A DNA stretch of 64,000 bases. It comes from Prasinococcaceae sp. CCMP 1430 (taxonomy: Eukaryota; Plantae; Prasinodermophyta). Position 1 is the stretch's first letter, and every line of letters begins with the position of its first letter. Where the stretch lies: contig RQSC01000028.1 of assembly GCA_013416795.1 (NCBI GenBank), positions 462,483-526,482 on the forward strand, read 5' to 3'. The translations under genes and the position numbers were made by a program. The notes below the pieces were generated by a model. That model had not been told where the DNA came from. It searched no databases and saw nothing but the letters and a program-made list of their open reading frames with translations. This document shows, one piece after another, positions 52,270 through 60,654 of this stretch.

Positions 52270-55200
52270 TCACTGAATGGCGCACGATGACTTGCTCTTG
52301 CTGCCTCCAGGCGCGGGCCGTTCTGGCGACGGCCTCCCGACATCTGCGGCTCGCATCTTGACGCCATTCTCGGACGCGTACAGCGAAGCGTGCAGCGCGA
52401 TGCGCGCCTTGTGCGAGTGGACGAGGTGCGAGAGCGCCGCGAAACGTACGACGCCTGGAAAGTCTGCTCCGCCGGAGTCGAAGTTGCCATCTGACCTGGG
52501 CGTACTCGGGGTCGAGGCTGAGCTGGCGCCCGACTCTTTGTGTCTGTGTGAGCGTGCGGTGAGACGCATTCGTCGAAGCACGCACCGCGCGTGCATCTCG
52601 TGCAGGTTAAGCGTCATGAGCGCGGTCTCGAGCGTAGCTGCCGGCACTGAGTGCATAGTGCCGCCACGAAGCGAGTCATCTCTGTGCCCCCTCCCCTCCT
52701 CCTCAAGCAGGCGAATGAGCCTGCGTTTCTCGTGCTGCGTGAGGTGGCGGCGCATATCCTCGAGCACTGCCTTGCTCCACGCGTGCGCAGCCGAACTGTC
52801 GCGAATTCTGCGCACGGTGTGGTTGAGAGACGCCCCGACACTGGGGACCATCGTGATTCCTACCTTCGGGGAGGCTTGCTGTCCGTCGCCATTGCCATCT
52901 TCGCCGCGCACCGGGGTGAGCTTGACGCCGTTCACTCTGAACCAAGGGTGCTCTAGCGCCTGGCGCGCTGTCGGCCGTTTCGCCTCGTTGCGGCACAGCA
53001 GGCGCGAGAGCAGAGCCCTCAACTCGGCGCTGCATGCCGGCGTTGAGGCGGGCAGATTGCCGCTCTGCAGCTCCCGCCACACCATCCCCTTTTCGCTCTC
53101 GGGCGGGATGCCTGCCAGCATCACCCAGAGCATGACTCCGCACGACCACACGTCTGCCTTGGTGCCGTAGCCCGTGTCGCCTATGTTCACAACCTCCGGT
53201 GCCGCATAGAAGCGATTACCCTCGCAGTCCCGCAGTCGCTCCCGTCGCGGCAGGAAAGTCGCGCATCCGAAGTCGACCAACACTATGGAGTCGTCACCGC
53301 CGCTGCTCGAAACGTTGCCGGCGCCGTCGCTCGCATGGTCGCCTGACGATTGCCTGGAACGCATCAGCACGTTCTGCGGATGTATGGCGCGATGCACGAT
53401 TGGCGTCGCACCCATCTCGTCGTGCAGGTGCCGCACGGCATCGAGGAGCTGCGCGAAGAGGTGCGCAAGCCGTGCCTCGTTGTGGGACGTTCCACTGCTT
53501 CTCTGGGAGTCCCCGCCTGTGAGGCTGTGGGAGCCTCGCTCGACTGAAAAGCTGCTGGAGCGGGAGCTCTCAAAGCTGCCTCCAGGGCCCACGCGGCGCG
53601 ACGTGTGCTCGGTTTCGTTTCCGCCGATGTGCGATAGCAGCGTCCCACCGTCGCACAGCTCCGTGACGATGTGCAATGCGCCGCCGTCCTCGTACGTGGC
53701 GAGTACCCTCGGCAAGTTGCGGTGCCTTCCGTGGGAGCTGACTCCTACCAGCGTATCCAACTCGTCGCGATGCTGCTTGGCGCGATCATTGGTGACAATG
53801 ACGCTCTTCACGGCCACCCGCTCTCCGCTCTCTCGGTGTGTGGCATGTCTCACCACGCCATACATCGCGGACGAGATCTCCTCGCCGAGCTCGTACGTGT
53901 CAGCGAGCGCACCTGGCGGCCCAAGCTTGCGCGAGGGCTCTTCCTCAAACAGGTGTGTACCGCTTTCGAAGAGCCCTCTCAACTCGGCGGCTTCGAGGTC
54001 TTCCTCCAAATCTGACATCGCGAGGCCCATGCGGTGCATGCCGTCATGGACGGTGTCGTCTGAGACGATACTGTGAGTGCTGGGGTTGTCGCCATCGTAG
54101 GAGGCGCCCGCGAGCTCGGTCGCTTCATGCGCCCCGATTTCGGCGGCCTGCGTTTCTGTGTGGGTTTCATTCGCGCGATCGTGTTTGCTGCCGCGCCACG
54201 TGGCATCCAAGGGTGCGCTCTGGACGATCGCGACCCTCGTGTTTTCCGGGCGCTTTGCAGAGTATTTGAACTTGGTCAAAGCATTGCGCACATGGCGCAC
54301 GGGGGGTCTCGCCGCGGTGCCATCGTAGCCTGGGGCCATCAGGTCCACCACGAGCACCGTAATGTCGTCGTGTACGCCGCGGCGCGCGATGGATGCGTCG
54401 AGCACACGCTGCGCGGCGTCTTCCACGTTGCCGTAGTGCGCAATGGCGTCGAAGGCGTGCATATCAACGGCGTTCCATACGCCGTCCGACGCGACCACCA
54501 GCCGCTGGCGCTGCGTGAGGGGCTCGCTGCCGTCGCCGGCTTCGTCGGCCGCAGTCCGCCGCTCGCCCGTACCAAGCGGAAGCGGCACTCGCATGATCTC
54601 GGGCTCGTTGAGCACCGTACCTGTGGTGACGATGTTGCCCAGCGCGCGCGTGACTGCCAAGCCGCCGGGGTACACGCGGATCGGGCCAACAGGCCCATGG
54701 TCGGTCATAATGCGCCCTATCTGGCCGCCAGCTGCGGTGACCCGCTCCGTCTCGGCCGCGTTAATGCCCGGCGAGTGGTCGACGGTCAGAATGGTGCTCG
54801 ACTGCTGCCCCATGGTATCGGTGGAGAAGGCCGTGTCGGCGGTGCCGTCGAGTCCGGACCGATCAGACGCGTCCTTCGAGCTGCGTCGAGAGTCTGCACC
54901 CGTGCCGACCGCCTTTCTCCCCCCCCCGGACCAGGCGCCGCCCCCGTCGACGCTCAAATCGTCGCTCTCCAGTGGCGACAGCAGGACCGCCCGCGAGTCG
55001 CCGACCCATGCAACCACGAGTTCGAGGCGGGTGCCGCCGTCGCTCTCGGACGCTTCGACGCGCTGCACGAAGACAGCTGTCGCGGTGGAGCCCGCGTGTG
55101 GCGGCGGCCGCATCCCGCAGCACCCAGTGGGCTCGGAGACGCGCTCCTGCACCTTGGCGAAGCCGATCTTGACGGCGTCCTCGAGCGAGGCGGTGCTGGA

Positions 55201-55497
55201 GCGCGCGGCGAGCGTGTCCGCGAGCAGGTGCACGCGGGCGCACTCGGAGACATCGGGGCACCTGCCATGGCCGTCAAAGATTCCCGCAAAGGCCACGACG
55301 TCGCCCCAGTCGGCGCTCGACGTGCGCGGCCCGGGCCCCGTGTGCCCAAACGCGGGCTCCAGCGGCTCCGCGCCCGCGCTGGGCACCGCGAAGTCGTAGC
55401 GGTCCTGGCCTGACTTGTGTGCGACGGCGGCCGCGGCAGCGAGGGCGGGCCCCTGCGCGTCGCCGTCGCGCGGGGCGCCCGCCAGCGGCACGCGCAC
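52270..55497 (-). CDS. PP2C phosphatase fused to a CDPK/CAMK-like pseudokinase; start uncertain (ORF opens at GTG)
   Basis: PP2C motifs QDR, IFDGHG, WVGDSRAV, GLAVTRALG, ASDGVW, HDDITV. Kinase VAVK, HRAIHPQN, DFG, YAAPE, DVWSCG. Single uninterrupted 1075-aa ORF. Confidence 0.85.
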   Translation of the reverse strand: MRVPLAGAPRDGDAQGPALAAAAAVAHKSGQDRYDFAVPSAGAEPLEPAFGHTGPGPRTSSADWGDVVAFAGIFDGHGRCPDVSECARVHLLADTLAARSSTASLEDAVKIGFAKVQERVSEPTGCCGMRPPPHAGSTATAVFVQRVEASESDGGTRLELVVAWVGDSRAVLLSPLESDDLSVDGGGAWSGGGRKAVGTGADSRRSSKDASDRSGLDGTADTAFSTDTMGQQSSTILTVDHSPGINAAETERVTAAGGQIGRIMTDHGPVGPIRVYPGGLAVTRALGNIVTTGTVLNEPEIMRVPLPLGTGERRTAADEAGDGSEPLTQRQRLVVASDGVWNAVDMHAFDAIAHYGNVEDAAQRVLDASIARRGVHDDITVLVVDLMAPGYDGTAARPPVRHVRNALTKFKYSAKRPENTRVAIVQSAPLDATWRGSKHDRANETHTETQAAEIGAHEATELAGASYDGDNPSTHSIVSDDTVHDGMHRMGLAMSDLEEDLEAAELRGLFESGTHLFEEEPSRKLGPPGALADTYELGEEISSAMYGVVRHATHRESGERVAVKSVIVTNDRAKQHRDELDTLVGVSSHGRHRNLPRVLATYEDGGALHIVTELCDGGTLLSHIGGNETEHTSRRVGPGGSFESSRSSSFSVERGSHSLTGGDSQRSSGTSHNEARLAHLFAQLLDAVRHLHDEMGATPIVHRAIHPQNVLMRSRQSSGDHASDGAGNVSSSGGDDSIVLVDFGCATFLPRRERLRDCEGNRFYAAPEVVNIGDTGYGTKADVWSCGVMLWVMLAGIPPESEKGMVWRELQSGNLPASTPACSAELRALLSRLLCRNEAKRPTARQALEHPWFRVNGVKLTPVRGEDGNGDGQQASPKVGITMVPSVGASLNHTVRRIRDSSAAHAWSKAVLEDMRRHLTQHEKRRLIRLLEEEGRGHRDDSLRGGTMHSVPAATLETALMTLNLHEMHARCVLRRMRLTARSHRHKESGASSASTPSTPRSDGNFDSGGADFPGVVRFAALSHLVHSHKARIALHASLYASENGVKMRAADVGRPSPERPAPGGSKSKSSCAIQ

Positions 55498-56590
55498 GCC
55501 GCCTCCCCCGCCCCTCGCGCCTCGCCTGGAGCGTCGCCTCGCCTCGTGCGTCGCGCGCGCGCGCGCGCGCGTGGGTTGTGCGCTCGGGGAACGGCACGCG
55601 GACCCTGCGAGGATTTGCGGAAAGATTTACCAGAAAGTGGCAAACGAACAACCGGGCGCCGTCAGAATGAACCGCGATGCCCCTTCGACTGGCCGCGAGG
55701 GCGCTGAAGTCAATGACAGTAACGTACGCCGCCGCTCCGCCACGCTGGAGACTGATGGTGTATATGTGGGTCACATGGATTCGAGATCTCGACGCGGATT
55801 CGCGATCTCGCAACAACTCCTGGTGGTTGGCGGTGCCGAATCTACGGGTGCTGAATCGATGGAATGATGGGAGGATTCGCCCCCGTCGCGCGCGCGCGCG
55901 CGCGGCGCGCCGCGCGGGAGGCCTGGATCGGACCCAACCAAGCGCTCGCTCCGCGGTCGCTCTGATGTTGTTGTTGTGGCCATAGAAGACAGCGGCAACT
56001 TTCGCCGCGGTTGTTGACGCTTTTGCAACTGCAACAACAACAGCAACAAACAATCGCGGCGTGGTAGAATGGACACTGTCCCAACAATTTTCGAACAATT
56101 TGGAGGGTGAAGAGCGGGCGACATTTCGGGGGTCCGCGCAGCGCGTTCGCGTCCCGTCCATCCGTTCCCAGGCTCCCTCGTCGCGCCGCGCGCCCCGCCG
56201 ACCGACCGAGCGCGCGCGCGCGCGCGCGAGCGCGGCGGGAAACTTGCAAGCAAACTTCGAATCGATCTGCGGTCGACCTCCGCGGGCTGTATGCGCGCGG
56301 CGAGGTCGAAGTAGGGCATCGCCTCCGCCGGGGGCTGCCACCGCGCGCGCGCGCCAAGGGCGGCAGAGGCGCGCAGGGCGCGCGCGGGGGAGGGGAGAAG
56401 GAGGGAGGGAGGGGGGAGGGGCGTGCCGCAGCTCCCGCTGTGTGCGCTCGTTCCCGCCGTGCGTGCCGGGCACGCGCGCCGCGCGCCGTCACATCGATCG
56501 CATCGCGAATCGAGCGAATCGGCGCGCCCGCGCCTCGGCGCACGAGTGGACAAGGCTGGCCGCGCGCCGACGGCGGGCGCACCGGCGGCG

Positions 56591-59500
56591 ATGGCGAGCA
56601 GCAGCGACGAGAGTGATATGATCGACATCATGTCCTCCGACTCTGACGCGTCCGATTCAGACAAGGACGACTCCGACTTCGTGGTCACCGAGGCGATCGA
56701 GGCGACAGCGGCAGCCCCCGAGAGCGAGGAGGCCGCCGCGCCCCAGGCTCCCGTCGCGGAGCACGTCGCTGGCGGCACGGGCGCCTCCGCCGCGGAGCTA
56801 GTGGGCTCGGACGGGGGCGGCTCGGACGGCAGCTCCCACAGCGATGAAGCAGAGTACGAGGTCGAGGCGATCCTCGCGGTGCGCAAGCGCGGGCGCACGT
56901 CCCAGTACTTGGTGAAGTGGCAAGGCTACGGCGATGAGGACAATACCTGGGAGCCCGAACAGCACCTCGCCGGCTCCCAGGACTTGCTCGATGCGTTCCT
57001 CGCCGAAAGGGAGGCCAAAGAAGCCGAGGCGCTCGCCCGCCGGCAAGCTGCTAACGCGCAGCTGCGCGGCGCGGGCGCCGACGGCGGTGGCATCTACACG
57101 TCCCCCGACGGCAAGCGGTACAGCGCGCGAGAGCGCAGGAGCGTCATCCGTCTGAGCTACGACACAGACGAGGAGGGGGCGGAGCGCAGGAAGCGCCGCA
57201 AGAAAACGTCGAAGAAGAAGGCCAAAAAGGCAGGGCCCACCAAGAGGAAGGCTGGCGGCGGCAACGGAGTCGCCGGGCCCTCCAGGCCGGTGCGCGTGGT
57301 CGACGCCGCGGCCGAGAAGGAGTCCAATTTCAACAACGCTGACATCGAGCTCTGGAGCGAGTGTTTCGATGCGCCGCAGTGGGACGTCGCCAAGGTGACC
57401 AAGCTGGGCGTGCTCGAGCTCTTCGCGGGGTGCGGTGGCCTGAGCATGGGCGGTTCCATCAAGTTCGCGGTGAATGGCACACGAACCGTCGATCTTAGCA
57501 TCGACACCGTGGGCGCCGTCGAGATCGAGCCGGTGCCCGCACGAACGTTCAAGCTCAACTACCCGCACGCCAACGTCATCGTGATGGGCGTCGGGCGCTT
57601 CGTGGCCACTACGCGGCGCTTCGTGCACCTGCTGAAGGACTGTCGCGCCGTTGTCGACGCCAGCGATGAGGGCGAGGGCGCTGGTGCCGCCAGCGGGCGC
57701 ACCGTGGTGGGCATGCGGATCAATCAGGCGATCGCGTCGGAGAAGGTGATCGTGACCAACGCCAAGGGCTGGCGCAACACTTCGGGCACGGGCTCACAGT
57801 CCAGGCAGCTCATGGACTACGTGACCGTCGAGGAGGCTGGAGGCACGGTTGCCCTGGGGTGGGTGGAGTGGTGCGTGCAGGCCGAGGGTTCCCAGTCGGA
57901 GGGTCAGTGGATGAGCGACAGATCTATGTGCGAGCAGAACCTGCAGCGGCAGGCGGGCGCCTACGTGGCGCGCGACGACTTCAGCCCAGGCGTTTGGCCC
58001 ATGCCTGGCGACGTGCACATCATTGCGGGCGGCCCGCCGTGCCAGGGTTTCTCGGGCTACAACTCGCAGCGCACTCTGTCGCAGGCGGTATCGGAGGTCC
58101 TCTCCGATCCCGAGAACCGCTTGCTGGCGCGATTCATGGAGGCAGTGTGGCTGTACCGCCCGCTGTACCTCATCATGGAGGAAGTGCCGAACGTGGCAGA
58201 CAAGAGGGACGTGATGGACTTCCTTTGCAAGTCGCTAGCGGTCCATGGATACAACTACGATTGGAGGAAACAGACCAAGACTGGCCTCTACGGCGTGCCG
58301 CAGTCCCGCAACCGCCTCATCCTGCTTGGCGCGCTCAAGCAGCTCGACATGCCCGAGCCCCCGAAGCCCGTCGTGAGCTCCTTAAAGTGGGACCAAGACG
58401 CCATCACCGACGCCATGCGCGCGAGCCAGCGGGCGCACTTCCTGGACAACATCATCCGCGAGGAGGAGCCGCCTGAGGGGGGAGCGGCTGCCTGCGACGG
58501 CGAACACTACACCCAGGAGAGGGCCGACGAGGAGCGCGAGGCCCTGAGGGAGCGCAGGGAGGAGATGCTGGAGGTGCTCGGGCCGGAGCCCACCAAGGAT
58601 GCCAGCGACAATGAGGAGAACGAGGACACGAACCCCAGGATGGAGGTCGACGCCCCCGCGCCACCCACGGATGCTGCCGCCCGCACGCTACGCAGACGCG
58701 ACGCGGGGCCATCGCTGGCGAAACGCACGCTCGAGTGGAAGAGGGCCAAGGAGGCCATCGAGAGGGAGTACCTGGCGGGCGAGGCCGCGGTGAGGCGCAA
58801 GCTCAGAGCGAAGGGCAAGGCGCAGTCGGCGAGCGCGCGCAGCGAGGCGCAGCTAGACAAGGTGCGGCGGGCGCAGCTGCACCCCAAGCTGCGCGCGCGC
58901 GCGCTCGTGATCGGCGACGCCTTCACGCCGGACCTGCCGCGCCTCGCCACCGAGGTGAAGGACACTCAGGAGCAGGCCGTTTTGGAGGCCCCCTCCGATG
59001 CGGGCGTGAGCTACGAGTGCAAGTCGCCGACGCCGTACGTGGCGTACCTGCGCCAGACCATGGAGGCGGGGCAGAAGGTCACCAACCACGTGGTGTACGA
59101 CCTCGGAATCTCCGACCGACTGCGCGTGCAGGCGGTGCCGCTCTGGGGAGGCGCGTGCTGGCGCGACATGCTGGGCCACGACGGCACGATGAATTATCCC
59201 AAGATGATGGTGCTTAACGACGACCAATGGGCGCGGCTGGGCTCGCGGTGGATCAACATGATCCCCGATCACATGTGGGCCGAGAGGCCCAAGAGGTTCG
59301 ACGAGCTCGACGGCCGCATGCCCAGGCTCAAGCACGGCTGGAAGCTCGAGTCGAACCGCTTCCCGATGGTCCCCTACTGGTGCGTGACAATGAAACACGG
59401 CAAGGACACGGAATGCTACGGCCGCTACGACCTCGACATGGAACACGGCACCGTGCACTCTTACCACAAGCCGCACTGGCACGTCAGCCTGGTGCCCTGG

Positions 59501-60502
59501 GACCACCGCGTGGCGAGTGTGCGGGAGAAGGCGCGCATCCAGGGCTTTCCCGACAGCTTCGTGTTCACAGGCACCGTGGCGCAGCAGTACAAGCAGCTGG
59601 GGAACGCGGTGTCGCCGCAGCTCGCCAAGGCCATCGCGCGCACTATCATGACGGCCCACGCGGGCTCGGTGGCCACCTACGCGGACGCGGGCGCCGCCGC
59701 CGCGGCGGGCGCAGACTTCGCCGAACGCGCCAGGGTCGCGGCCGAGGAGGCTGGCTGGGAACAGGGCGCTGCCGGGGATGTGCGCCCCAGCGTCAGCCTC
59801 GTGAGCACCTCCCAGGAGCTGCGGAACTTCGCCGAGTTCTGCGACACGTTCAACCCTGCCGAGGAGCTCGAGCAGGACGTGCTGCGCCACGACCCGGCGG
59901 ACGCCAAGGACCTCGCGGAGCGCCCGCAGCTCGAGAACATGACCTACGAAGAGTTCCTCGTGGCGTACAACACGCAACATCGCGACGATCACTCCGTGCG
60001 CAACAACAAGAGGAATCCCTTCGAGACCTGCCGCGAGGCGGAGGGGTACCACCCCTACCGCATCGAGCGCTTCAAGGCGCTGCGCTGGAGGAGGGACGAG
60101 TCGGGGACGCTGTCCATGGAGTGCTGCATCGAGTACAAGGACTGGCCCAACCACGAGTGGGACTGGCTGGTGAAACCGTACTTCGGGTTGAGCGCGTGGC
60201 GCGAGTTCATGCGGGACGTTGGCGAAGAGGCTTTCCTCACCTTCGAGAGGCGACAGGTCGAACACGTCGTGGCGCCGGGCCTCGACGTAGACGTCACCGA
60301 GGAGAAGCGGGTGTCGACCGTGCTCTCGGGGGCGGAAGAGAAATCGTTCGAGATGGAGGAGCGCTACAACGAGGAGATGGACAAGGGCTGGATCCCCGAC
60401 CCTGCGCGGGCCAAGAGGGGGCGTGCTAAGAAGAGGCCCGCGCCGATGGACGACGGCGACGACGGCGACGCGGAGGGTATCGCTATCGACCTCTGCGCGT
60501 GA
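56591..60502 (+). CDS. Chromodomain-containing C5 cytosine DNA methyltransferase (DNMT1/CMT-related), intronless
   Basis: Chromo EYEVEAIL...YLVKWQGYGDEDNTWEPEQHL. Motif I ELFAGCGG, IV GGPPCQGFS, VI MEEV, VIII YGVPQSRNR, IX VREKARIQGFPD, X YKQLGNAV. Confidence 0.93.
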   Translation: MASSSDESDMIDIMSSDSDASDSDKDDSDFVVTEAIEATAAAPESEEAAAPQAPVAEHVAGGTGASAAELVGSDGGGSDGSSHSDEAEYEVEAILAVRKRGRTSQYLVKWQGYGDEDNTWEPEQHLAGSQDLLDAFLAEREAKEAEALARRQAANAQLRGAGADGGGIYTSPDGKRYSARERRSVIRLSYDTDEEGAERRKRRKKTSKKKAKKAGPTKRKAGGGNGVAGPSRPVRVVDAAAEKESNFNNADIELWSECFDAPQWDVAKVTKLGVLELFAGCGGLSMGGSIKFAVNGTRTVDLSIDTVGAVEIEPVPARTFKLNYPHANVIVMGVGRFVATTRRFVHLLKDCRAVVDASDEGEGAGAASGRTVVGMRINQAIASEKVIVTNAKGWRNTSGTGSQSRQLMDYVTVEEAGGTVALGWVEWCVQAEGSQSEGQWMSDRSMCEQNLQRQAGAYVARDDFSPGVWPMPGDVHIIAGGPPCQGFSGYNSQRTLSQAVSEVLSDPENRLLARFMEAVWLYRPLYLIMEEVPNVADKRDVMDFLCKSLAVHGYNYDWRKQTKTGLYGVPQSRNRLILLGALKQLDMPEPPKPVVSSLKWDQDAITDAMRASQRAHFLDNIIREEEPPEGGAAACDGEHYTQERADEEREALRERREEMLEVLGPEPTKDASDNEENEDTNPRMEVDAPAPPTDAAARTLRRRDAGPSLAKRTLEWKRAKEAIEREYLAGEAAVRRKLRAKGKAQSASARSEAQLDKVRRAQLHPKLRARALVIGDAFTPDLPRLATEVKDTQEQAVLEAPSDAGVSYECKSPTPYVAYLRQTMEAGQKVTNHVVYDLGISDRLRVQAVPLWGGACWRDMLGHDGTMNYPKMMVLNDDQWARLGSRWINMIPDHMWAERPKRFDELDGRMPRLKHGWKLESNRFPMVPYWCVTMKHGKDTECYGRYDLDMEHGTVHSYHKPHWHVSLVPWDHRVASVREKARIQGFPDSFVFTGTVAQQYKQLGNAVSPQLAKAIARTIMTAHAGSVATYADAGAAAAAGADFAERARVAAEEAGWEQGAAGDVRPSVSLVSTSQELRNFAEFCDTFNPAEELEQDVLRHDPADAKDLAERPQLENMTYEEFLVAYNTQHRDDHSVRNNKRNPFETCREAEGYHPYRIERFKALRWRRDESGTLSMECCIEYKDWPNHEWDWLVKPYFGLSAWREFMRDVGEEAFLTFERRQVEHVVAPGLDVDVTEEKRVSTVLSGAEEKSFEMEERYNEEMDKGWIPDPARAKRGRAKKRPAPMDDGDDGDAEGIAIDLCA

Positions 60503-60654
60503 TGCGTCGGTGCGCCGCCCACGGCACACGTACATACACAGCAGTGATTATACTACACACACGCACTACGACGCCGCGCGCGCTTCGCGGCCGCTCGGTT
60601 GTACGCGAAACAAAATCTGTGTTTATGACATCTCCCAGCTGCACACTAAACGCC

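Noticed and set aside
55600-56480. Coding-looking stretch (YVTVIDFSALAASRRG) upstream of the PP2C fusion
   Set aside because: Could be its first exon, but I could not assign an ATG and in-phase splice sites.
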